From the IMG/VR virus record IMGVR_UViG_3300027833_000011: a DNA stretch of 64,000 nt. One strand, written 5' to 3'. The notes beneath the pieces were generated by a model. That model did no database searches. It was not told where the DNA came from and saw only the letters and a program-made list of their open reading frames with translations. Position 1 is the first letter of the stretch; every line of letters starts with the position of its first letter. The stretch comes from a virus. Taxonomy: Duplodnaviria; Caudoviricetes. This document shows, piece by piece, positions 46,278-56,900 of the stretch. The position numbers and the translations under genes were made by a program.

Positions 46278-48833
46278 ATGGCTAGGTATAGAAGGCTCAC
46301 CACAACTACTACTTCAATCATTCAGGGCGTCCCGTCCACTATCGACACAATACAAGAATTAGCATCATTCGTAAATGAAAATGCTATTATTAATGTTGAT
46401 ATAAACGGGTTAGACTTAGTAATTGATAGAAATAACGGAACACAAGACGTTATTGATTTAACTCCAATTGCGACAGGAGAGGTAAGTGCGGTATCTATAA
46501 TAAGTACTAATTTAAATAACGGTACTTTAACCTTAACCAAGTCAGACAACACAGAGTTTAGTGTTGATTTAAAACAACTACAATTCATCGTTACACCTTC
46601 ATTGGTTGGTAACGATTTAATTTTTACAGATTCTTTAGGTTCTACAATTAGTATTGACCTAACATCCTTCGACCAAACAGTTTCAGTTAATTCACTTTCG
46701 ACACGTATTTCTTCAGAAGAAATCGGTAGAATCGAGGGGGATAACTCATTGTCTGGTTCGATAAATTCACTTTCAACTAGAATAGACAATAGTGGTTCTA
46801 CGTATGACGATACTGCCGTGTATGGTGAGATATCTACGGTAAAAACGTCATTAGACGGTAGAATAGATGGTATTTCGATACCATCAGAATTTGATTCAAG
46901 TTCTTTAAATACTAGGGTTTCATCTGTAGAGAGTACGGTTAGCGGAATTTCAATTCCTTCGGATTTTGATTCAAGTTCGTTAACAACAAGAATATCATCT
47001 GTAGAGAGTACGGTTGATGGGATTTCAATTCCTTCGGAGTTTGATTCTTCTTCACTAACCAGTAGAATTTCTATTGAGGAGAGTGTTCGTACGGATGGTG
47101 ATACATCGATTTCACAGTCGATTAATCAAAGATTCAGTAATATAAGTGGTTCTATTTACGATGATACGTCATTAACGACAAGAGTGTTGTCAATAGAAAG
47201 TAGTGTTGACGGAATATCAGTACCTACTGATGTGTCTGACTTAACTGATAATGGGGGTGTTTTAAATGGAACAACGTATGATGATGCATCGATAGAGACG
47301 AGAATTTCTTCGTCAGTATCATCTTTAGATACGAGGTTTGAGAATAACAGTTCAACTTACGATGACACTGACATATATGGTCAGGTTTCCTCAGTTAAGG
47401 TATCATTAGACACTAGAATTGACGGGTTAGTAATACCTAACGAATATAATGATAGTTCTTTACAGACTAGAGTTTCTTCAGTAGAGAGTACGGTTAATGG
47501 TATTTCAATACCATCAGAATTTGACCCATCATCTTTAGAAGATAGGGTTTCTGTGGAGAAAGTTGGAAGAATTGCTGGTGATAATTCATTAACAATTCGT
47601 GTTAGTCAATTAGAAGTTGCTGACCCATCTATAGATAGTAGAATTTCAACGGAAGAGTCATCTCGTATATCGGGTGACACTTCGATAGACCAAAGATTTA
47701 GTAATCTTAGTGGTTCTATATATAATGACACATCATTAGTAAGTAGGGTATCGACATTAGAGGATACCGTTGGTGGTATATCTATTCCTTCAGAATTTGA
47801 TTCTACATCACTTACAACAAGGTTATCGTCAGTAGAGAGTACGGTTAATGGTATTTCGATACCATCAGAATTTGATTCAAGTTCAATTGAGACACGTATT
47901 ACAACAAATGATACACATATCGTTTCTATTAATACTAGAGTATCAAACAAAGAAACATTAATTAGTGACGTATCAACAGAGTTGGCGTCATTATCTATAC
48001 CATCAGAATTTAATTCTTCGTCTTTAACAACGAGAATATCTGCGATGGAGATTGTTCATGATTTAGACGAACAATCAATCAATACAAAAATATCGAGTAA
48101 TAGTTCAACAATAGCTTCATTAGATAATAAGTTATCGTTAACTGAAACTAATTTTAGTTCGGATATATCATCATTAACAAGTTTAATTGGTGGGTTACAA
48201 ACGGTTGTTAATAGTCAACAATCTACAATAGTCTCATTAGGGGATAAAATTGAAGAATGTTGTGATGGTCCTGAACCAACTACAACAACTACAACAACTG
48301 AGTCACCTACAACGACTACTACAACAACTGAGTCACCTACAACTACAACAACAACGACTCAGAGTGGTACGACTACAACGACAACGACATTAAATAGTAG
48401 TAACTCTTATCTATTATATGCTGACGCTGGGCCTGGTGCAGGACAAGTATTATACAATTCGAGTAACCAACAATTCTATCCGTTCTTAGTACAAAATAGT
48501 CCAACAAATTTTAATGATTTTGTTACGGACAGACTTAACAATTCAAATAATATTACTATATTTAGTCATGACGTATGTGCAGATAAAGACACCGTTACTT
48601 TTAGTTTGAATTTCCCAGGAAGTACAAACGGAGTACAGGCGTTCTACTTACATCCGTCGTCTCAAGGCACTATAGTTAATATACTTGATACGAATAATAA
48701 CACTACCTATTCTGTGACACCAAGTAGTGGTCAATCAGTAACGATAGGTGGTGCTAACTATACTTTATATAGATGGTTACAACCACAACCGAATGGTTCG
48801 ACTTTCTCAATAAAGGTAAATAATTGTTTATAA
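46278..48833 (+). CDS. fibre or structural protein with SSLxTRISSVES repeats and a Thr-rich linker
   Basis: Repeats GISIPSEFDSSSLTTRISSVES; CCDGPEPTTTTTTT tracts; globular C-terminus. Confidence 0.75.
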   Translation: MARYRRLTTTTTSIIQGVPSTIDTIQELASFVNENAIINVDINGLDLVIDRNNGTQDVIDLTPIATGEVSAVSIISTNLNNGTLTLTKSDNTEFSVDLKQLQFIVTPSLVGNDLIFTDSLGSTISIDLTSFDQTVSVNSLSTRISSEEIGRIEGDNSLSGSINSLSTRIDNSGSTYDDTAVYGEISTVKTSLDGRIDGISIPSEFDSSSLNTRVSSVESTVSGISIPSDFDSSSLTTRISSVESTVDGISIPSEFDSSSLTSRISIEESVRTDGDTSISQSINQRFSNISGSIYDDTSLTTRVLSIESSVDGISVPTDVSDLTDNGGVLNGTTYDDASIETRISSSVSSLDTRFENNSSTYDDTDIYGQVSSVKVSLDTRIDGLVIPNEYNDSSLQTRVSSVESTVNGISIPSEFDPSSLEDRVSVEKVGRIAGDNSLTIRVSQLEVADPSIDSRISTEESSRISGDTSIDQRFSNLSGSIYNDTSLVSRVSTLEDTVGGISIPSEFDSTSLTTRLSSVESTVNGISIPSEFDSSSIETRITTNDTHIVSINTRVSNKETLISDVSTELASLSIPSEFNSSSLTTRISAMEIVHDLDEQSINTKISSNSSTIASLDNKLSLTETNFSSDISSLTSLIGGLQTVVNSQQSTIVSLGDKIEECCDGPEPTTTTTTTESPTTTTTTTESPTTTTTTTQSGTTTTTTTLNSSNSYLLYADAGPGAGQVLYNSSNQQFYPFLVQNSPTNFNDFVTDRLNNSNNITIFSHDVCADKDTVTFSLNFPGSTNGVQAFYLHPSSQGTIVNILDTNNNTTYSVTPSSGQSVTIGGANYTLYRWLQPQPNGSTFSIKVNNCL

Positions 48834-48834
48834 T

Positions 48835-49716
48835 ATGGCTGACGAAATATTTCCAATTCAAGAAGGTGGTTTAACAGTAGGAGGACCTATCGTACCAGCA
48901 TCTGAAGATGCTACGTACGGAACGCACTTCTCATATTTAGGTGTTGGTGGGTATGTTGAAGTACCAACTGATGATTATAGAAATGGAATCCCTGTGGGTT
49001 CAAACATAAATGCTGACGGATATTCTTCAGGTAGAAGAAGATTCGGTATGATGGTTTATGTTATTGAAGATAATAAACTTTATAGACTATCACCTACAAA
49101 GGCTGATGGTAATAAGGTATCGTTATCTGATTGGGACACCGCAAGTGAAGCACAAAAGATTGTTTGGTTAGACCCTATGGCGTCTGCTTTTGACTTCTCG
49201 ACGTTTTCACAAATAACGGGAACACAAGACGATGATGATGCTTGGGAGGAGTTAGATTTCACGTCAGGTGGAAGTAATACAGATACTAAAGTATCAGGCG
49301 CGACTCTAACGGGTTCGGTACTTTCAATAAAACAAAACAACGGAGAACCTAATATTAATTTAGATTTATCAGGTTTAGATGACCGTTTTGTATACGCTGG
49401 TAGTTATAACGCAGGGCAACTAACGTTAAATATATCAGGTGCTGATGATGTGGTAGTTCCATTACAGGGATTAGTAAACACCATAGCAGATACGGCATCA
49501 TTTGATGCTACAACAAATAAAATAGTATTCTCAAGTGATGGAGGAGGTAGTCTATTTAGTGTGGACCTTTCAGCTCTTAAGGATAATGAAGATAATTTAG
49601 TCGCTTCAGAAGCAGTCGACGGTGAGGTTGATGTTGTTACTGAAGAAGAACTAACGCAGAGAATTAATGAAGATTTTTCAGATTATTTAGATGATAATTT
49701 AAGTTCATTAATTTAA
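48835..49716 (+). CDS. structural protein of the fibre cluster
   Basis: GRRRFGMMVYV motif, beta-rich G.L.L....VDLS repeats. Confidence 0.65.
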   Translation: MADEIFPIQEGGLTVGGPIVPASEDATYGTHFSYLGVGGYVEVPTDDYRNGIPVGSNINADGYSSGRRRFGMMVYVIEDNKLYRLSPTKADGNKVSLSDWDTASEAQKIVWLDPMASAFDFSTFSQITGTQDDDDAWEELDFTSGGSNTDTKVSGATLTGSVLSIKQNNGEPNINLDLSGLDDRFVYAGSYNAGQLTLNISGADDVVVPLQGLVNTIADTASFDATTNKIVFSSDGGGSLFSVDLSALKDNEDNLVASEAVDGEVDVVTEEELTQRINEDFSDYLDDNLSSLI

Positions 49717-49786
49717 TGTAAAACGAGATACTTACAACCGGTGGGTTGTATTTATTAATAATAAACCATATATAAAAAAAAACAAA

Positions 49787-52303
49787 ATGGCAAACACACA
49801 ATTTCAAGATTTAGCATCACTTATTGCGGGTAAGTTGAATTTAATCATTGGTAAAGTAAACACCAACACATCAGGAAGGACTTCATTAGGAGTTGCAATT
49901 TCTGACGAGGCGGCTACACGTTTATCAAATGACAATTCAATCGTAGCATTAATCGACGCTAACGATGCGAAAGACGTATCATTAGAAACAAGAGTTTCAG
50001 GTGAAGAGGTCTTAAGAGTAAATGCTGACGGTTCTTTAACAACAAGAATCGGAGCGGAAGAGGTAGCAAGAGCGAGTGCTGATTTAGCGGCGTCTCAATC
50101 TGTTACTGCAAAATTAACATCAGTAGATTCGAGAGTAACTGCTGAGGAGTCTTCAAGAGTTGCGGGTGATTCATCTGTAACAACTGCAATGACTAATAAA
50201 ATTAATCAAGTTGAAGCGGATTCAATTTCTGCTGACGGTTCATTAGCAACTGCAATCGGTAACGAGGCGACTGCTAGAGTAAACGCTGACGGTTCTTTAA
50301 CAACAAGAGTATCGAACGAAGAAGTAGCAAGAGAAAACGGAGACGTTTCAATCGCGGCTTTACTTTCGACTGAGGTTGTTGATAGAACAAACGCAGTATC
50401 TGCTGAAGCAACGGCTAGAGTTAATGGAGATAATTCATTAAACTCTAAAATTTCTTCTGAGACATCTGCAAGAGTATCGGCTATATCATCAGTAGATGTA
50501 GAATTAGCTGGTGGAGTTGGTTCAATTGAAACAAGATTATCAAACGAAGAATCGACATCAGCATCGGCTGACGCTTCTATCGTTGTTGCTTACCAAGCGG
50601 CTGACGTATCTTTAACTTCAAGATTATCGACTGAAGAAGAAGCAAGAGCTAACGGAGATTCTGCATTAGAGACTTCATTAAACTCTGAGATATCTTCAAG
50701 AGCATCAGGTGATGTGGTATTAGATGGTAAAATCTCAACAGAAGTTGTAAGAGCAACGGCTGCTGAAGGTTCATTAAATACTAAAGTATCTGTTGAAACG
50801 GCAAGAGCGATTGGTGTTGAAGGTTCATTAGAAACAAGAATTTCTTCTGAAGAGGAAGCTACAGTATCTTTAGCTAACTCATTACAGGTTTACATGTCTG
50901 ACGAAGTTGAGTCAATTGATGTAAGAGTATCAAACGAAGAATCGACATCAGCATCAGCTGACGCATCTATCGTTGTTGCTTACCAAGCTGCTGACGGTGT
51001 ATTAGAAACAAGAATTTCTAATGAGGAAGTTGCAAGAGCAAACGGAGACACTGCATTAAATACTTCATTAACATCTGAAATCTCTTCTAGAGTATCAGGT
51101 GACTTATCGTTAAACAACAAAATTGATTCAGAAATTTCAACTGAGGTTATCGCAAGAGACTCAGCAATTACTGGAGCGATTAACGACTTAGTGGATGGTG
51201 CAGGTGATGCATACAACACTTTAAGTGAATTACAAGCAGAATTACAAGATAACGATAGTGATATCGCTACTATCTTAACTGCACAAGGTTCTTTAAATAC
51301 AAGAATTGGGGCTGAAGAGTCTGTATCTGCATCGGCTGACACATCTATCGAACTTAGAGTTTCAACTTTAGAGAACGGTAATACATCAGCAGTAGATTCA
51401 TTAGATGTAAGAGTAACGGCTGAAGAGTCAATCTCAATTTCATCTGACGCATCTTTAGAGACAAGAATCTCAAATGATGAAGACGCATTAGCATCGGCGA
51501 AACTTTCATTAGGAAACGCTGACGGTTCATTAGAAACAAGAATTTCTGAAGAAGAATCAGTACAGGCATCTGTAGGTTCATCTTTAACAACAAGAGTTTC
51601 AAACGAAGAATCGACAAGATTGGCTAAAGATACTTCAATCGAGGTGGCTTACCAATTAGCTGACACTTCATTAACAACAAGAATTTCTACTGAAGAAGTT
51701 CTTAGACAAGCTGGTTTAAGTATTTTAGCTTCTGATATCGAAGATGAAGAAGATAGAGCAATTGCAGTTGAAGGTTCGTTAAATACGAAACTTAACGCTG
51801 AAATCGCAACAAGTTCTACGGCTGACGCATCGTTAAACACGAAGGCTAACAGTTTAGAAACTAAATTTGACGGAGAAGTTGAGACTGAATCAATCGCAAG
51901 AGTTTCAGCTGATACTTCATTAACATCAAGATTATCAACTGAGGAAGTTGCAAGAGTTAACGGTGACGCATCTGTATTATCAGCGGCAACATCATCAGCA
52001 ACGGCAGTATCAGTAGCACTATCAAGTGAGATTTCTTCAACTAATGCAGATTTCGTATCATCAGACGCAAGAGTACTTGCTGAAGAAGGAGCGAGAGGAG
52101 CGGCAGACACGTCATTAACGACAAGATTATCGTCTGAAGAAGTTGCAAGAGCTAACGGAGACAATGCGATTAACGTAGACCTTACATCATTAGAAACAAG
52201 AGTTTCAACGGATGAGGTTGAGTTATCAAGTCACATTGCTTTCCAAGGGACAGTTGCTGAATTCTCAACTGTATTAGATGCTAACATTATAGCATTAAGT
52301 TAA
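49787..52303 (+). CDS. long coiled-coil fibre protein with 18/11-residue repeats
   Basis: ADxSLxTRxSxEExARxx units over about 800 aa. Confidence 0.8.
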   Translation: MANTQFQDLASLIAGKLNLIIGKVNTNTSGRTSLGVAISDEAATRLSNDNSIVALIDANDAKDVSLETRVSGEEVLRVNADGSLTTRIGAEEVARASADLAASQSVTAKLTSVDSRVTAEESSRVAGDSSVTTAMTNKINQVEADSISADGSLATAIGNEATARVNADGSLTTRVSNEEVARENGDVSIAALLSTEVVDRTNAVSAEATARVNGDNSLNSKISSETSARVSAISSVDVELAGGVGSIETRLSNEESTSASADASIVVAYQAADVSLTSRLSTEEEARANGDSALETSLNSEISSRASGDVVLDGKISTEVVRATAAEGSLNTKVSVETARAIGVEGSLETRISSEEEATVSLANSLQVYMSDEVESIDVRVSNEESTSASADASIVVAYQAADGVLETRISNEEVARANGDTALNTSLTSEISSRVSGDLSLNNKIDSEISTEVIARDSAITGAINDLVDGAGDAYNTLSELQAELQDNDSDIATILTAQGSLNTRIGAEESVSASADTSIELRVSTLENGNTSAVDSLDVRVTAEESISISSDASLETRISNDEDALASAKLSLGNADGSLETRISEEESVQASVGSSLTTRVSNEESTRLAKDTSIEVAYQLADTSLTTRISTEEVLRQAGLSILASDIEDEEDRAIAVEGSLNTKLNAEIATSSTADASLNTKANSLETKFDGEVETESIARVSADTSLTSRLSTEEVARVNGDASVLSAATSSATAVSVALSSEISSTNADFVSSDARVLAEEGARGAADTSLTTRLSSEEVARANGDNAINVDLTSLETRVSTDEVELSSHIAFQGTVAEFSTVLDANIIALS

Positions 52304-52320
52304 TAATATTAAGGTATGTT

Positions 52321-52350
52321 TATAAGGAGGGGGAAACCCCTCCTTATATT
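52321..52350 (+). terminator. strong stem-loop, terminator or processing site
   Basis: tataaggagggg-gaaa-cccctccttata, 12 bp perfect stem. Confidence 0.7.
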
Positions 52351-52405
52351 AACTTATAAAAAATAAAACCTCGGAAACGAGGAGTGTATAAAAAAATAAA
52401 GAATA

Positions 52406-53836
52406 ATGACACAATACCAACAATTAGCAGGTCTAATCGCAGGAAAGTTAAATTCGATAATTACGAAAGTTAACGTTAACACTGGTGATGTAGACGCTAT
52501 CCAAGGAGGTTCATTAGATTCTAGATACTATACAGAGACAGAAGTTGATACATTCATCAGTAACTCCACTGCGACTACATTAAATTTTAATGCGGACAAT
52601 GGAGTTTTTACGTTAACAAAAGGAGACGGTTCTACAATCACAGTTGATTTAGACGGTAGGTTTACAGATAACGCTCATGCTGATGCAATGAACCAAGGAG
52701 TCGCTACTACAGATACACCAAATTTTGTTGGTGTGCAGGTAGGGACATTAAACGTATCTGAATTGACAACGGACTTAGTTCCAGACACTGATTCAGCATT
52801 AGATTTAGGGGAAACTGACAAACAATATAACGATTTATATTTATCAGGTCAGATTTACCAATCAGGTGTACCGATTCAATCGGCAGAATCAAAGCCTTTA
52901 GTTTATCACGAAAACTTTACGGGTGACGGTTCAACAACTGAATTTACAGTGTCTAAAACATTAACTTCGTTAATTATGACGGACATTAATGGTTTAGTTC
53001 AGGAAAAGGGTGAGGATTTCACACACACAGATTATTCGAAAACTATAACATTTGCAAACGCACCACAATCGGGTGAGGTTGTACAGATAACATATTTCTA
53101 TGGTGGGTCAAAACCTATCATGAAGTACGAGACATTTACTGCTAACGGTACTAGTGATAGTATTACAGTAAGTGATTCGTTATCACAGGTTGTTTATGTT
53201 GAGATTAATGGTTTAGTACAACTTAAAGGAGATAACTACAACACAACGGGTAGTTTAATCGAATTTGAGGGTACTCCAACATCAGGTTCTGAAATTGCAG
53301 TACTTTACTATAATACAGGTGACTCATCAGTATCGGGAACATCTAATAAACTTGCTAAATTTGGGGTTGACGGACTTTCAGTTGTCGACTCATTAATTAG
53401 TGAAACAGGGAATACCGTTTCAATCACAGGAAATCTATTCGTAGGTGGTGATACCACAACAGTAAATTCAACAGAAGTTGAAATTGCTGATAAGGCAATC
53501 GTATTAGGAGCAGGAGCACAGTCTTCTGAACTTGCTGCGGCACCATCAGGAATAAAAATCGGTGATGAAGATTCTCCATTAGCGTCCATTTTATATAATG
53601 GAAGTGTATGGAATTTTGACGGAGGTATCGGTTCTTCTACTGTAATTAATAAATCACAATCAATAACTTTCTCAGGAGATGTTAGTGGTTCTGGTACGAT
53701 TACAAATTTAGGGGATATTGAAATAACAAATATGGACTTTAATACATCGGCGTTAAGAACAGAAATGGACGACTACATCGGTACGTATATACAATTCCGT
53801 AATGATTTAAATACGGGATTAAACTCGTTAGTATAA
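52406..53836 (+). CDS. fibre or baseplate-associated protein with two tandem beta-sandwich repeats
   Basis: FTGDGSTTEF...INGLVQ..G.DF...ITF..AP..G repeated twice; N-terminus paralogous to the 49787 protein. Confidence 0.7.
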   Translation: MTQYQQLAGLIAGKLNSIITKVNVNTGDVDAIQGGSLDSRYYTETEVDTFISNSTATTLNFNADNGVFTLTKGDGSTITVDLDGRFTDNAHADAMNQGVATTDTPNFVGVQVGTLNVSELTTDLVPDTDSALDLGETDKQYNDLYLSGQIYQSGVPIQSAESKPLVYHENFTGDGSTTEFTVSKTLTSLIMTDINGLVQEKGEDFTHTDYSKTITFANAPQSGEVVQITYFYGGSKPIMKYETFTANGTSDSITVSDSLSQVVYVEINGLVQLKGDNYNTTGSLIEFEGTPTSGSEIAVLYYNTGDSSVSGTSNKLAKFGVDGLSVVDSLISETGNTVSITGNLFVGGDTTTVNSTEVEIADKAIVLGAGAQSSELAAAPSGIKIGDEDSPLASILYNGSVWNFDGGIGSSTVINKSQSITFSGDVSGSGTITNLGDIEITNMDFNTSALRTEMDDYIGTYIQFRNDLNTGLNSLV

Positions 53837-53901
53837 AATGGTTGAGTTATCAACTACGTTTGGAAACAAACAAATAAATAAAATTAATAAACATTAAAAA
53901 A

Positions 53902-56900
53902 ATGGCATTAAGACAATTAGGATTATTCCAACTTAATACGAACCCAGGAACACAAGAAATTGATTTAGGTACTACCGCTAATTTTCTTGATGAAATATTC
54001 GTTGATTCCATATCCGCAAACACTTATTTAGGTGACGGGTCTGGACTTACAATCGACGGTATTGATTCATTAGTCGATAGTCTTTCAATTGAAACTTCTG
54101 CAAGAACAGGAGCTGACACATCGTTAGCTACAAAAATTTCTACAGACGTTCAATCGGCAATCGACAACTTAGTAGATGGTGCACCAAGTGCGTTAGATAC
54201 TTTAGTTGAGTTAGCATCCAAAATCGGTGAAGGTTCCATTAGTGAAGCAAACATCGTAGCTGAGATTAACTCAGTAGGTGTACGTGTAACTAATGAAGCG
54301 GCAACAAGATTGTCAGCGGATGGTTCGTTGGCGACTTTGATTGGACAAGTTTCAACGGGTGCGTCTTCAAACTTAGCGTCTGAGATTCTACAAACTGGTA
54401 ATGAAGTAAATTCATTAACGACTAGAATTTCAACAGAAGAATCTGTTAGAGACACACAGGTAACATCATTAGCCAATGAGATTACAGGTGAGGTTACTGC
54501 TGATATTACTTCGGTTGATACAAGAATCACAGGAGTTGAGGGAGATTTAACTTCAGTAGAGACAAGATTGTCAACTGAAGAGTCTACTATGGTGGTAACT
54601 GTAAATAGTTTAGGTACCGTAGTCGACGGAGACATATCGTCTGTAGTAACTAAGATAGGGGATGAAGAATCTTCTAGAATAGGGGCTGATAATTCATTAG
54701 CAACGTTAATATCTACGGAAGTAGTTAATAGAGAGAGTGAAGATAACGTATTAGACGGTAAAATAACCACAGAGGCATCATCAAGAGGTGTTGCTGATAA
54801 TTCTTTAGGAGATAGAATTGACACCTTAGAAGATAATCCATATGACGATTCATCAATCAACACAAGAGTTGGTGGTGTTGAATCAAGTGCGAGTTCTTTA
54901 GGAGCAAGAATTTCATCTGAAGAGGTAGTTAGATTATCTAAGGATAATTCTATTGCGACAATTGCGGGACAAAATACTTCAAGTATTAATACGGCATCGA
55001 CATCATTAACGTCTAGAATTTCTACTGAAGAAATTGCAAGAACTACGGGTGTAAATTCTGTAAATGATAAAGTAGGTGTTGAGGCTTCAAGTAGAGTTGT
55101 AAAGGATGATTCATTAGACGCTAAAATAGATTCGGAAATATCAACACTTAAATTAGATGTTGTACAGAATGAATCAGACATTAGTGGTGAAGAGACAATA
55201 AGAATTCAGAAAGATAACTCATTAGATAGTAAAATATCTACTGAAGTTGTTACTTTAGAGGCTAAAGACACATCTTTAGCAACTAGAATAGGTGTTGAAG
55301 AAGGTGCAAGAGCATCGTCTGACTCAGCATTAAGTAATGAGATTTCGGTTCAAGCATCGATGAGACAATCAGCGGATACGGCAATTTCAAGTCAATTAAT
55401 ATCAGATATTTCTGTATTAGTTGATGCTGATGATAATTTATCATCTGACATTGTTGCTGAAGAGTCTTTAAGATATGCGGCGGATGATTCATTAACAACT
55501 AGAGTTAGTAGTGTTGAATCGGAAGTTTCATCAAATAAAGCGTCTACAGACACTAGAGTGTTAACAGTTGAAGGTCAAATAGGTGGTATCGATGTTGATA
55601 TTACAGGTTTAACTTCAGGAGTTAATAGTTTAGATAGTAAAATTGATTCAGAAATATCTTCTGAGGTAGTTGCAAGAAATTCAGCAATCGTTGTCGCTAA
55701 AGACGAAATCATTAACGGTGCTGGTGACGCTTACAATACGTTAAGTGAGTTACAAACTGCGTTAGAAGATAACGACGGTGATATAACAACTATATTAACG
55801 GCACAAGGTTCTATTAATACTAGAATAACAACTGAAGAGTCTACTAGACTTTTAAAAGATAGTATTTTAGAGTCTGAAATTGATAATAAAACTAATTCGT
55901 TAGAAACTAGAATCAGTACATTAACATCTAAAGATGTTGTAATTGATTCAGATATAACGTCTGAAGTATCTTCAAGAGTGTCAGGAGATTTATCACTTAA
56001 CAATAGAATATCAAGTGAAGAATCGGCTAGAGAATCTGCAGTTACTGCGATTAATGAAGCTGCTTACGATGATTCATCAATCAACACAAGAGTTGGTGGT
56101 GTTGAATCAGACTTATCTTCTGAAATTAGTTCAGAGGCGTCATCAAGAGTATTAGGTGACAATTCATTAAATACTAAGATTGGTTCAGTATCTACGGCAT
56201 TGGCGTCAGAGATAGGAACAACAAACGGTGAAATCACATCATTAAACACAAGAGTTTCTAACGAAGAAGATAATTCTACGACATTAGAGAATTCTTTAGT
56301 GGGTGTTGATACATCATTACATAGTAGAATTTCTTCTGAAGAGGTTACTAGGAGTTTAGCAGTAAGTTCATTACATGTTAAATCGGGTAACATCACGGGA
56401 GATGTGACTTCTATAGCAAATAGAATACAATCTGAAGAGTCTACAAGACTATCAAGTGATAACATATTAACAGGTTCAGTTGGTTCAATCAATACGAGAG
56501 TTGCAACTGAAGAAGGTAAGTCGACATCATTAACAACGAGAGTTAGTAATGTAGAAAGTGATTTAACTTCAGAAGTTAATTCGGTTGACACAAGAATTGA
56601 TAATATTGAGGCGGCTGCTTACGATGATTCATCTATCAATACAAGAATTGGTGGTGTTGAATCAGACTTAACAACGGCTGAAGGTTCTTTAGAAACAAAA
56701 ATAACTGCAGAGGAGAGTTCAAGAGTATTAGGTGATTCATCACTTACTACTGTAATTAGTACTCTACAATCGGACTTAAATACTGAAATTGCATCTACAA
56801 ATACGGAGATGACATCTTTAGATACGAGATTATCTACGATTGAATTGGATGACGAAACTGTTGAGTCTTCATTAGAAACTAAAATTGGTGGAGTATCTGC

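Noticed and set aside
23697-53901. tRNA, tmRNA or other structured RNA genes in the intergenic gaps
   Set aside because: Gaps are short and AT-rich and are explained by promoters, terminators or small ORFs; no cloverleaf or T-loop signature was seen
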